Assembly (NCBI GenBank): GCA_958009085.1
Contig: OY253683.1
Coordinates: forward strand, 434,001-498,000
DNA length: 64,000 nt
From: Protoeuglena noctilucae
Taxonomy: Eukaryota
Direction of reading: 5' to 3'
The notes under the pieces were generated by a model. The model had not been told where the DNA came from and did no database searches. It worked only from the letters and a program-made list of their open reading frames with translations. Position 1 is the first letter of the stretch; every line of letters starts with the position of its first letter. Shown piece by piece: positions 1 through 12,735 of the stretch. The translations under genes and the position numbers were made by a program.

Positions 1-3000
1 GTATTGCCACCCCCCACACCCCGTCGTTGCCCTCGTCGCCTGAAGTTGACTTCCCCCGCACATCTCCCCTCGTGCAGGTGTCGGAGCTCGAGGTCGCCGC
101 GGAGCGCGCCGAGCGGCGCTCGGACGCCGTGCGCCGCTCTGCCAAAGCGGACTACGACCAGCGGCTGGAGATGGAGTTGAAGGAGCAGCAGCTGCGGCAC
201 GAGCGCCGCGTGGGGGAGCTGGAGCTGGAGATCAAGCGGCTGCAGACAGGGCCCGGGGCGCAGGCGCAGGAGGCGTTCCGCAAGTGGGTCGAGTCGCGGG
301 CTGCGGAGGGGGCGGGGAGCGTCGCGAGGGCGCCGACGGCCCCACCGCCGCCTGCCCCTGAAGAGCCCGGGGTGCCGCCCGCGGGGTGGGTCTCTCGGGA
401 CCACCACATGGATGCGGTGAGCGGAGAATGGGTGCTGGATTGGTGTCAAGCGGTGGTGGTGGTGGAGAGGTGGCAGGGGCTGCCTTTGTGCTCTGGTGTC
501 ACGGGTGCTTTGCCGTCGCGGTTTGCATGAGCAACTCGTGTCTTGGGCTCTGCAGGTGCGCCGCGCGGCCTCGGATGCGCGCGCGGAGGAGGCGCAGGTC
601 TGGCGGCGGCGCCTGGAGCACGCGCGGGAGGAGGAGCGGGCGTCGGGGGCGGCGGCGCTCGAGGCGGCGCACGCCAGGTGACGCTCGGCATGCACAGAGC
701 GCTTGAATAGATAAGGCAGGCGAGGCTATCAAGGGATCAAGCCCATGAAATAATCAACCATCCTGCCAGCGCCCGTTCCTTGTGTCTCTGCGCGGTCACG
801 TCACGCCGCATTGCCTGCTGCTTGCAGGGTCGTGGAGGCCGAGCGCCGCGCCCAGGACGAGCTGCGGGAGGCGCGGGCGCGTCTGGAGCGTGAGATGACG
901 GCCGCGACGACGAGGGCGGAGTCGGACCTCGCGTCGGTGCAGCAGCGATTGGCGGAGACGAGAGACGCGCTGGAGGACGCCCGGCAGCAGCTGCAGGAGG
1001 AGAAGCTGGCGGCAGGTGAGCATAGCGCGACTGAGGGCAGTTGACAGGCCGCGTCAAGGGGTGGGGCTGCTGCATGGCATATGAGCACCGCCCTGTTGGT
1101 CGGCATCCGCATCTGGGTCAGCGTCCGTAACATGGCTGGTATTGGCGCAGGCAAGGCCAAGGCCCGCCTGGAGTCGGCCCGTGCGGCGCACTCGGAGCTG
1201 GAGGCGTCGTCCAAGGCCCGGGAGAAGCGACTGGACGACTGCAAGCGAGACGTGGCCAAGCTCAAAACCCTGGTGGAGGAGCAGCAGAGGAAAATGGCCG
1301 AGCTGGCCCAGCAGCTGGCGGAGGAGCGGCAGGTGAGGCGCTAGCGATGGTATGTTCTGAGATGAGGGCGGCGGGTGTCGAGATGAGGCGGGACACGGCA
1401 GGGCAGGCGATGAGATGGGTCATGAGTGCTGGTGATGTACATGTGTAGCTGCATGGCACGGGGTGTCACACATAGCAAGCGTTCCATTGCCTGCCCGAGG
1501 TGTCCACCCCAGGTGTCTGCCAAGGCCCAGGCGGCTGCCGAGAGCGCCGAGAGGGAGGCCGCGTCCCTGGGTGCGCAGCTGAGCCATGCCAACACGACCA
1601 TCGACCGGGAGCGCGAGAGGGCCTCGGAGCAAATCGCCGCCACGATGCGACAGGTGGGTCTGCCACCCGGCACGAGGTGCTTAATGGGCCCTGTACCTCG
1701 CACCACCAGGCTGATGTCAAATCGATTAGTGTCATCGCTGAGGATCGAACGGGTAACCTGGGATGCAGGCGGAGGACGACCGCGCCCAGGCGGCGGCGGA
1801 GGCGGCCGAGTCAATGGCCGCGCTGGCAGAGGAGGTCTCCGCAGCCCTGGACGCGGCGCTGGATGACGCCCAGAGATCGGGACGCGACGTCACCGATGCC
1901 GCGCAGGCGGCGGCGGGGGCCGTGGCGGCCTTCACCGGGGCGCTGCAGCGGTGCGCCGGGGCCGACGTGGCTGTGGTGAGGGACCCAGGCCAGAGCTGGC
2001 GACACTGCCGTGCCCGCGCCGGACAAGTTGCTCATGAGAGTTGGTTAAGAGCTGCGGCGTGCTCTGGACAGCAAGGTTTCCAAGCCTGCTTAGCTCTGAG
2101 CAGCCTCGCCCCGCTCGGCCCTGCGCAGGCCATGGACGACAACCGTGCTGCGGCAGACAGGGCCGTGATCGCCCTCCGCCGGGCCACGGGCACTCACCTG
2201 TCCACTCTCGACGAGTCCCTCCGGTCCCTCCGTGCCTTCGTGGAGGCATCAAGGGCCTCTACTGTGCCTGCTCTGTCGTACGGCCCCCCGCGCGTCACTG
2301 CGTCCCTCCCCGCACCCACGACGCACGCCCCCGTGGCCCGCCAGGACCTCTCCGCGAGCCTGGGGTCCCCCACGCGCGTCCACGCTCTCACCGCGTCCCC
2401 TCGCCGGGCCCTGGCCCTCAGCCCCACCCGCATGGGCGCCTCAGGCGACGCCGCCGCGGTGCTCCGGGAGAACCGGGCGCTCGCGGAGGCGCTGCGGGCG
2501 GCGCAGCGGCGCGTGGAGGACGCCACCAAGCGGGAGACGGAGGCTGCAGAGGCCGGGGAGGTGGGGGCGCGGGCGTTGCGGTCGGCGGCGGAGGCACTGC
2601 GGGCCGAGCGCGACGCGGCGAGGGAGAGCGCGGCGGCGGGTGCGGCGCGGGCGGAGGCCCTGGAGGAGCGGCTGCGGGAGGCGAGGGAGGCGCTGGACGA
2701 CGCGCGGCGCGAGGTCGCGGCGGCACGGCAACGCGGGGAGGACGTGGCGCGGGCGGCAGAGGCGGAGGCGGAGGCGTACACGTCCCAGCTGCATGCCCTG
2801 AAGGAGCGCGTGTCGCAGGTGTGGACGGGGGTTGCTGGGCAGGGGTCGTGGGCTGTCACGCTAACATCTCGCCAGGCTGACGTCTTGCGTGCAGGTGTAG
2901 TAGAAGCTCACAGCTCATGGCATGCGCCTGCTGGTGTTTCGTGACGCGCGCAGATGCAGCAGGAGTGCCGGGACACGAAGGCCGACGCGTCGGCGGAGAT

Positions 3001-6000
3001 GCAGCGGCTGGCGGCCGACTGGAGCCGGCGGATGGACGACCTGCGTGCGCGGGTGCGGGAGGCGACGGTGGCGGCCGAGAGCGAGAAGGAGGTGGCGGTG
3101 CTGCGGGCGCGGAAGGAGGCGGAAGACGCCACGAGGCGGGAGGTGGAGCAGCGCACTGAGGGCCAGGTGAATGATGACGCAGCAACCAGCACGGCACGCA
3201 GCTAACGCGCGTGTGGCACCCCCTGATCAAGACCCGCTCTCTCTCCGCCGTCATCCCCGCAGCTCCAGCGCATGGAGGCCGAGTGGCGCAGCCGCGTCTC
3301 GGAGCTGCAGCGCGCGGCGGAGGACGCAGAGCGTCGCGTGCGGGAGCTGCAGCAAGAGTTGGACCGACTGAGGCCCATCGTGGAGGCGGTGCAGGAGGGC
3401 GACGACACGGGCAAGGTGGACGCACTCCTGTCCGCCACGCTCAAGATCAAGGAACTCAAGGCACGCATCGACCAGGCCAACATGCAGGTGGGACCTGCGA
3501 GGGTCACAAGTCACCAAGCGACCGGGTGGCGGTTGCTGCTGCCCCTTTTGATGCCGCGGGCTCTCTGCTTCAAACACCCCGCCACGCCCGCACCCCACCC
3601 TCGCAGTTGTGTTTCCGGTTTCCGGCCCTTTCGACACCATAAGCCCCCGCTACAGTGCCGCAACCCATTCGCCTCAATGCCTCCATGCCCGCTCCCCCAC
3701 CGCGCAGGCCAGGGCAGCGGAGGCGGCCAAGGTCGAGGCAGACCGCACGAGGGACAAGCTGGGTCAGCGCCTGGAGTCTCTGTCCGAGGACATCGCGATC
3801 GTGCTTCTGACGCTCCGTGCCGAGGTGCCGTTCGACGAGGAGATCGCCGAGGGGCTCCTCAGCAACGACAAGCCCACCTTCAGCAGCGCGCTCCAGGACC
3901 TCAAGTCCGCCATCCAGGTGACCTATCAGACTGGTTTTTGCACCGCCAAGATAGCATGCTCGTCTTGCTTTGGACGCTTGCACGCGTAGACGTGCGTAGT
4001 GCACGCTACTCTCTGCCCCGGCTGCCCGACCAGCTCACTGTGCCGTCACACGATCCCCGCACCGCAGCGCCACATCGCGCGTCAGGAGATGAAGGCCGCC
4101 GAGGAGGCCCTGGATGGCAAGAGGCAGGTGGCGTCGACCGCCATGATGGCATTCAAGAAGGAGAGGCACGAGAAGCTGACCAAGGAGCTGGCGGCCGCAG
4201 AGCAGAGGGTGCGGGAGGTGGAGCGCGAGGTGAGGCGCGGGGTGGCGTGGGGCGATAGCTTCATGGGGCCTCACGGGGGGCACGTGGGGTAACGAGTCTG
4301 GCTGTAACAAGTCAGGCTTGCTTCAAACGGGCATGGATTAAATGGAGATGGTCATGCATGGAAAGGACATTGACACCAAGGCCCATCCATGGATACAAGG
4401 AACCGCTGCTGGGGTTTGCTGAGCGTGCACTCGCCCGCTGCCCCTGCAGCGCGAGTCCCTCCTGGCACAGCTCTCCGACGCCGAGTCCCGGTGCCAGTCT
4501 GCGGTGTCGGACGCGCGGGCGCTTCACGAGCAGCTGGAGGCCAAGGCCGACGAGTGCGGGGCGCTCAAGGAGAGGCTGAGCGAGGCCAAGAAGGTCGTCA
4601 ACGCCATGAACAAGAAGTGAGCAAAGGCGATGTCTGGATGACTGGGTGGCTGGATGACTGGGTGGGTGGGCGGTGGCTGGCTGGTTGAGTGGTACTCAGC
4701 TCTCAGGAGGGTAAACATACGTTGGTCCCCAAACATGGCTGCCTCGGTTCCCTCCCGGTCACTGAGCTGCCAAACAACCCATCAATCAATTAATCACCAC
4801 ATATTACCACAACCGATCAAGATCCATCGGCTCTTTCCCACAGGGCGTCGGAGATGGAGGCCCGCGTGGAGGACCTGGCCTCTCAATTGGAAGAGCGGGA
4901 GTCCGAGGTGGAGGCGGCGCAGGCGAAGCTGGTCGAGGCCAAGGCAGAGGCCAAGGAGAGGGCCGAGGAGGTCGGGGCGCTGCGGCACAAGGTGGCCGAG
5001 GCGGAGAGAGGCGAGTGGCAACAGTCGCGTGGTGTGGTGTGACGGGGTGGGTGGTACCTACCCCGTCGGTGGCACAGGATGCATGGGCGGGGTGTGCATG
5101 GAAGGTGTGGGCGATGTGAAGGGCCACTGGAAGGTGGCAGGGGCGCTGTTGGGCTGCGAGCGCCCATGCCATGTCAGTTGACTTGGCTTCGTCACAACTC
5201 GTCGCCCTCTCTCTCTCTCCGCAGTGGCGGCCAAGGAGCGCGGGGACCACGACCAGGCGATGGCGGCGCTGCGGTCCGAGGTGCGGGCCGTGGAGGCGCG
5301 GGCGGCGGCGGAGATGGAGGAGAGGGCCCGGATGGCGCGGGAGGTGGACGCGGCCATCGCCGACGCGGACGCGGCACGGCAGGAGGCGGCGCAGACCGTG
5401 CGGGAGTCGGGTGAGCGATGCTGCCGATGATGCGAGACGCGACGGTGGTATTCGCGTCGCGCCCACCTCCTCGTCTCTTTGGCACATCGCGCCACGGCGG
5501 CTTCTGTTTGGCGCGCGGGTGCCGATGCCCGCTTGCATTGCTCTGTCGTACCGACCCCTCTGGTGTCCTTGTCACCCTCGCAGAGGCCCAGGCTCGGCAG
5601 GAGCTGGAGCGCATGTCTCGTGAGTTCGCGGACCGCATGGCGGGCGTGCGCGAGGAGGTGGCGCGGGAGATGGAGACCGCCAGGAGGGACAGCCTGCGCG
5701 CGGCGGAGGAGGCCCAGGAGAACGCCGTGGCCCCGCTGCGGGCGCAGGTGCGGGGGTGCTGTGATGCGATGACATGGGTGGTGCAGCTGGGTCATGCAAT
5801 GCCAGGCGTGTCATGCCGAGTCAGTAATCGCCCCCTGTCCACTCCCGCAGGTGCGCAGCGTGCTGCAGCAGCTGGAGAGCGTGCGCGGGCAGTACGAGCG
5901 CGACGTGGGTGCCAAGGAGGCCGAGTGCGTGGAGCTGAGGCGGCGCCTGGAGGACTGCGTGAGGGAGGTCGACGCCGTGCAAGCCCGCGCCGAGAAGCTC

Positions 6001-6532
6001 CAGCAGGAGCTCTCGCGGGAGGTGCAGGCCGGGGACCGGCTCAGGCGAGGGCAGAGCCGACATGGACGCTTGCTGGGTTGCTGGGATCCGTGCCAAAGAA
6101 TGAGGTGGTGACAAGGACGCAAAGCGATCTTATTCCTGATGTAACATGCATGCCATGCCCCCTTTGCCTGTTATTTCTGTCCAGTCCAGTAACTGTCCGT
6201 TTCAACTTGGTACAGGCACCTCCACCCAGACGCACAGCAGCAGTGGTGCCGTCCACGCCACAGCACTTACGCCCGTGCCATGGCCTCCGCGCAGGTCGGA
6301 GAAGGCAACGCTGGTGACGTCCGTGGAGGACCTGGAGGGCCGAGTCAAGTACCTGGAGTCCAAGTGCGCGCGTCTGGTCAGGGATGCCGACACAGCGCGC
6401 AATGCGCTGAGGGAGGAGGAGGCAAGGGCGGCAGAGCTGGGGACGCAAGTGCGCGTGGCGAGGCGGTCCCTGCGTGGGCCCGGCGACACCTCGGTCCTGG
6501 TCGCGGCGCCGACGCCGGCCCGGGGAGGCTGA
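1..6532 (+). CDS. Long multi-exon coiled-coil protein, 5' truncated by the window edge
   Basis: About 16 exons of E/A/R/Q-rich heptad-like sequence (e.g. ELEMELKEQQLRHERRVGELELEIKRLQ, LEATVKYLESK-like segments) are flanked by GT/GC...YAG introns. The last exon RSEKATLV...PARGG ends at TGA 6532. Confidence 0.7.
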
Positions 6533-6862
6533 GGGGTCTGGGTAGCGAGCGAGGGGCTTTGTGTAGCGAGGGAGGTTCTTGGGGTGGCGAGGGGCCGGGG
6601 GCACTCGTGCTGGTCTCTTCTCTCTCTAGCGTGGTGTCCGTGATTTGTCGACTCGAGCTGTCGCGAGCGTTCTGTGCGTCGTTTGTCCACTGCAGCACCC
6701 TGGCACGTTGAAAGCGCAGGAACACATGCGTTGGCACTGAGCGATGGCGGCGACTCGTCTCATGCTTGCTAGGTAACCTACACGCAAAGGCACACCCGTC
6801 ACATGTCACATCGTTACAAAGCGTCACATGCGTGGCCCCAGCGACCCCAGCGTCCGTCTGTG

Positions 6863-9800
6863 TCAATGCCCTGGGGTCGGTGAGGCGGCACTTCGCTTCA
6901 CGTAGACATGGGACAGCCCAGACCGCCTGAGGTCCGCCAGGTCGATGGTACCGCTCTTCAGCATCCCCACGGACACTTTGATCCCCGATCCACCCGACAG
7001 GTCCCGGTCTGGCATCCACACGATCGCCTGGCATGATGGACTCGCGTCGCACTTGGCCGCCAGCTGCGCGACGGCGGGGACGAAACGTCATCAATTGTAC
7101 AAATAATACATCAGGGTTTTTTTGTTAAGCTGTTAGCGTCCTTTGCCTAGGTGACACAGGGTCATGAGGCACGCGATTGCGCTCACCGACGTGGCAGTGC
7201 CGGTGAGGACGCACTTCCCTTTGTCGAGGCTGTCTGGACAGGGGAAGTCGTACTTGTTCTCGGGGAGAGACCTGCATTGTCACAAGCCCGGTATTGGTGA
7301 CGTGGCTGCCCTGGGGGTTGGCAGCCTGCCTGCCCTCTCTTGCACATGACAAGCAGCTGCAACAGACTACCCATGTCGGTGCAGAGCAACAACGCGTGAC
7401 TCACCGGTTCTTGAAGAGGAAGTAGCTGCTGAGAAACGGGGTCTCTGGCAGGGGGTCGACTGTGCCAGAGTCGTCATCCACGCTGGCCCTGCAAGTCAAC
7501 AAGCGGTCGCTGACAGTAGCATGTGATGGTGCATATTATTCAGATTCGACCATTGCTAGAGGGTGACGACGTTTGCTCCTCGTATGCCAGGCGCAAGGCG
7601 CGTGCGGGGTTGAAGGGGACATCTCATGCGTAGACCTCACCGTGGGTACCCCTGCTGCCCAGCGCTGCCGGGGAGCTTCACGTAAGCGCAGGCGACCGGG
7701 TTCTCAGACATGAGCCTGGGAGTCAGCAATCGATGGTCGTCTCACTGCGACAAGTGCTGGGCCCTGAGCAAGCCCTACAGCACGTTCCCTCACCTCAGGT
7801 CTAAAGGTCCGTTCTTCAGGTACCCGACGCCCCCGGGCGTACCGTCCATTCGTGGCACGTACACAAACGCGAAACAGAAAGGGTCACTGTTGCACGCCCT
7901 GCCGACCTCCTGCAGCGACCCGGCAATGCCGCAGCCGCCGGCCCAGATGCTGGCGGGGCAGCTGTAGTCGTAGCTGTCCGGCCAGTCGCGGCTCGGGATC
8001 GCCTGGTACCCGGCCAGGTCACCCGCGGTGCCCTGGACTGGCGTTTGCACTGGGGTGGCTGGCTGAGTCGGGGCCGGCGACGGCTGCGTGGCTGCATAGG
8101 TGGCTGCGAAGCTGTTGTCCTGCAGGAGGGTCGTGCTGAAGGCTCCCGTCTGCGAGGATAGCAGACGAAATGCGTACCTGCACCGTGCACCAAGTTGACA
8201 GTTGTTGCGTTATGTTGGTGTCGGCATGTCGATTGGCCTTGCCTTGAGGAACCCTGTGGGTGTCGTCCGTTTCCCAATGCCCTTGGGAAGGTGCACGAAC
8301 GCCGTGCACGCGGCGTCGGCCTTGCACCGCCTGGCCACGTCCGCCGCCAGCCCGTCGATCTGGCACCCCGGTGGCCACACCGAGTCAGGGCAAGGGTAGT
8401 CCCCGTACCCGCCGAGGTCCTTGCCGCGCCAGACCTGGAACCCCGGCACGTCCACAGCTTGCATACCTGCGTGGCAGATTGAAAGCCATCGTTAATGGGA
8501 CGCGTACGGCAGCACTGTAACACGCTACGCATGCCCCACCGAGTGGTCGTGTCCCTGTCGCAAACGACCTGCATGGATGGTATTGTATTTATCACTGTCA
8601 CCTGGTGCAGCGCCCAGGAGGTCGACGATCTGTGTGATGACGCCGGGGTTGGGTGCGGGTGTGGCTAAGGCGAGGGCATGGGCGATGCGCAGCGCTGGGT
8701 CGCTCGGGGATGCCAACGGGGGGGTTGCAGCCACGACAGGCGCTGCTGGAGTCGAGGCCGGAGTTGCCCAAGTGCTGGCGTCCTGGGCTGACGAGTCTGC
8801 AGCAGCAAAAGGGTGATAACTCTCAGGCTGGCGCTTGCAGTGCTGGCCACAGGCACCCACGCTGCTGACAGGAAACGCCGCACAGTAACAACACTCACTT
8901 GGAGCCGCTTGCAAGGCCGCGTCGATGGCCGCTGCGGCGCTGGAGGCTGTGGCGCCTCCTGGTGTTGGCGTGTCAGCTTGTACAGCGCTCGGTGCTGCGG
9001 TGGCCTGACTGGGCGTGGGCGGCGGGGAAGCTGCGGGAGCCCCAGCGTCGGCTGCACCGCCTTGGCCAGTCGTCGCGTGGTTGGCGCCCTCAAAGAGGGA
9101 TGGGATGGTGTCACGGAGGAAGGAAACGATGCTTGGGTCGCTGAGGTTGGTGTAGACACCGGGTTTGCCTGGCTGCCCGCACCTCACGGCCTCACCCCAG
9201 GACACCAGCCCGACCTGAAGGTCCTTACTGGGCCTGAACAGTGGACAGAGGTGGGGTCATGTAATGACGGCCTCCCTGGCTAGTCATTCAACCATGCATG
9301 AGCCACAGCCATGGCACGAGCACTTCCGTGCATGGTTCGTTCGTATCACATTCCCGCGTTCGCCACTCACTTGCCGCCGTCGATGAGGATGGGGCCCCCC
9401 GAGTCTCCGTCACAGGCGTCAAAGATGCCACCCCCGGCACAGAACATCGATGCCAAGACGTGGCCATCCCAGGCAGACGGCTCGTTGCAGGACGAGGAGC
9501 TGACGTAGAGGAGGTCCACGTCCTGGAGAGTCTTGGCCTGCAAGGGGCGGTGCAAGATGAGGCGCGTCACATGCGGTGGGGACTCGTGGGGCCCAGGCTG
9601 AATGTCAACGCGCCGTCGTTGGGTGAGGGTGACAGTAGCATGGGCCAGGAGATTAGCACTTCCAACTCTGGAGAGGCTTAAAAGTCAGGCATGACATAGC
9701 ACGCAGCAAACGCCGCAAGGCGACATGTGCGACTCTCACCTTGTCCCCCGACTCGGTCCTGCCCCAGCCGATGACGGTCAAGACGCGGCCGTCGTAAAGG

Positions 9801-10670
9801 ACGTTCGAATTCAGGGAGAGCTGGACGGGCTGGAACCTGCTGGGCTCCTGCAGTGGCCGCCATGTGGGCAACGTGGCGAGCACGTTCGGGACTCCTATCC
9901 AGGCCTACGCGCGTGCAGCTACCTCCGCCACTAAACGCATATACGAATGGGGCTCGCCTCGAAGTGGATGAGGCCGATGTCGTTGAGCGCGTTGGTGGAG
10001 TTGTAGGCAGGGTGTACCACGAGCTTGGTCGCCAACCTCTTATCGTACGAGTCGGGGGGGCTGCTCTCGCTCAGCATCCCGATCCGCAGCTCGGGGTTCT
10101 TGACGTTGGAGCTCGGGCCTGCGTTGGAAGCGCAGGTTTTGGCGCTGGGCCCGAGCAAGAGCCTGCCATCTCGCGGCAGGGTGCCATGGGGCCGCCGCTG
10201 TCACCGTCCGATCCGTCGATGCAGTGCGCCGCAGTGGCGATCCACGAGGGATGGATTAACGACCCGCCACACACATGCTCGCCGTTCCGCCCGCGGATGG
10301 ACACGGCGTAGGGGTACCGGCCAGCAGGCGCATCGCCGCCATTCCAAATCCTGCGAGAGGCGTCGATCGGCGCGCATTCTCTGTCAAACGCACCATTCAC
10401 AGGTCGAGGTGGCAATGGCCACGCGTCCCGTCGAAGTACAGCACGCAGCGGCGCGCAGCTCGCGGTGGGCCTGCAGCGCCCCAACCTGAACTGCGCGAAC
10501 CCGGACAGCAGTTTTAAGGACCGCTGCTGCAGCGCCTGCATTTTCGAAGCGAGGGCAACCTCATTGCCCAGCCGAAGCGGCCTCGTCGAGTGAAACGGGC
10601 GCCATGCAGATGCCGCGGAGGTAGCTGCCAGCAGCACTGCGACCAGGAGGCTCGCTGCGACAAACTTCAT
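6863..10670 (-). CDS. Secreted trypsin-like (S1) serine protease with Pro/Ala/Thr linker and three Cys-containing PAN/apple-like repeats
   Basis: Signal peptide MKFVAASLLVAVLLAATSAASA is followed by RR-IWNGG, CGGSLIHPSWIATAAHC (His), NDIGLIHF (Asp), DACDGDSGGP (Ser) and SWG...CGQPGKPGVYT. Exons join in frame to repeats at about 8460-8060, 8010-7640 and 7430-6863. Stop TGA at 6865-6863. Confidence 0.85.
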
Positions 10671-10894
10671 GGCATCAGCGTCATGAGAGGAGACTATTCG
10701 CTGGCCAGGGGACCCAGGCGGCAGGTGGACCGCTTCAAATGGAAGGGGATCACCACACGGCCATGCAGCGCCAACATACAGGGGAGGTTTCCTATGCCGC
10801 GGAACCCACGCTTTCGCTCATTGTGCTCTGCAGCATACTGGCAGTGTGCCGACGTCGTTTCGGCTTCAAGGTTCATCCCCGTCAGACAGTCGCG

Positions 10895-12366
10895 CTACAT
10901 GGGCTTGTGGCTGCGGATGTAGTCCGCCAGGAACTCGAAGGGGTCGTCCGGCCGCGTTTTGACGAGGGCGCGCAGGCCCTGCCGGAGGACGGGCACCACG
11001 GTGCTGTCGAGGTACTGCCGCACGCCCACCTTCTTCGACGTGGGCGAGTTGCCAATGTCACCCAGCAGGCCATTGTCCCCCCCGTTCTGCTGCGGGAGAG
11101 GCCCGGGACCGTTACTATTGTTGGAGACGCAGGCAGCACCCTCGTTGCCCCGTGGCCGCCGCGCTACCCTCACGCATCTCACCTCCGCCGCGTGGGTCGT
11201 CTTGGCGCCGTGCTTCTCCTGCTTGATCGTCGCGACGCGCTTTCTGTCCCGGTGGCCGCGCGCGACGGCCTGGATCTTGACTGCGGCCATCTCCTCGTCC
11301 TGCCCCCCTGCCGGCTGCACCTGGGCAGAGCAGGCGACGACCAAGTTGGATGGCAGCGCAGGCGATATGCAACCACAGTTCCTGGTCGCAGCGGGCGTCA
11401 CCTGCTTCTGCGAGGCCTGCCTCTCCTCCTTCAGCTGCTTCACGCGCTTCCGGTCCCGCCGGCCCCGGTGCACAGCCTGGATCTTCGTGGCTGCCGCGTG
11501 CGCGTCGTCCTCCGTTTCCGCCTGCCCCTCGGCGCCCGCGTCGCCACCCTGCTCCTGCTCCGGCTCCGGCGCCTCAGCGCCCTGCTCCTCCGCCTCCGCC
11601 TCCGCAGTGGCCACTTCTGGCGAGGCCTCCTTCTGCGCCTTGATCGTAGCTACCCGCTTGCGGTCCCGGTGCCCCCGCGCGATCGCTTGAATCTTGATCG
11701 CCGCCTCCTCCTCGCCGACCTGCCGGACCCGCGGGCGAGCGTCGTGTTTGGCGCTGAAGGACGAGCACGCATGCCGCCCCCACCTGCGCCTCGCCCGTCC
11801 ACCAGAGGCTGCTCGCGCAAGCCAGCCCGCACCTTGCCCGCATCTCCACCCTCCCCGCCTTCCTTCAGCGCCTCGGCATTGACCTCCGGCTCCTCTGCGA
11901 CCATGAAACGCTTTTGAAGATAGCGTGCCGTGAAAGGCGATCTATTCTTTCCTCGCTTGCCTTGAATCAGCAACAAGTGGGGCTGACACATGCGCGGGAA
12001 TCGTCTCTCAGGCCCGACGCGGCACAGCGGGCTCCCCGCACAGCAAGGAAGCAAGGGCAGGGGACTTCCGAGGTCCCCTCGCCCCCTGGCAGGCTTTTGG
12101 GGAAGCACGCGCAATCGATTCGGGATATGCAACGCGTGGACGGCGATGCCGCGGTGGAGGCCTACCCCGCGACCGGATGGGCCACCGCGACATGTCCGCG
12201 TGCGAATGGATCCTCTGGGGCTGCAACCTGCAGGCCCGGTTCGCGCCAGCTCCAGCGACCGTTCCCAGCGTCCGTCGCGATACGCTTCATCACGAGGACG
12301 CGAAGAAGCGCGGAGCTCCTCCCGGACCTCACCGGCCATGGGCTGCTCCGGGGCCTCCTCCGCCAT
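10895..12366 (-). CDS. Protein with three IQ calmodulin-binding motifs and a C-terminal Dpy-30/RIIa-clan docking domain
   Basis: IQ motifs AAIKIQAIARGHRDRKRV, AATKIQAVHRGRRDRKRV and AAVKIQAVARGHRDRKRV. C-terminus VRQYLDSTVVPVLRQGLRALVKTRPDDPFEFLADYI. Exon joins are in frame from MAEEAPEQPMA. Confidence 0.8.
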
Positions 12367-12735
12367 TTCGACGATTCCCTCGCAATGCTAGTTCGCGATG
12401 CGTCCCACGGAGACCGTGACAGGCGCTCTCCACCACGCGCAAGCCTTGGCGCTGCCGACGAGCCACCGATTCCCCACAATCAACTGCCGGAGTGGAATAA
12501 AGGATCGATATAGCAACACGAGGAGGCGGGGAGGCCAATGACGCCGCGCACCGTCGACACGGTCGTTCCCGCTGTGAAACGTCAGGACCCTCTGCGAGAA
12601 CGCGGCAAAAGCGAGCTTGCGATGAACGTGCGGTTCATAGAAAGCATCTTGCAGCGCTGGGTACCCATCTCGCTCGCCCATTCGCGCCAGAGAGCTCTGG
12701 AGAGAGCTTGCGCTGCGTACTCGCGTGCCGGTGCG

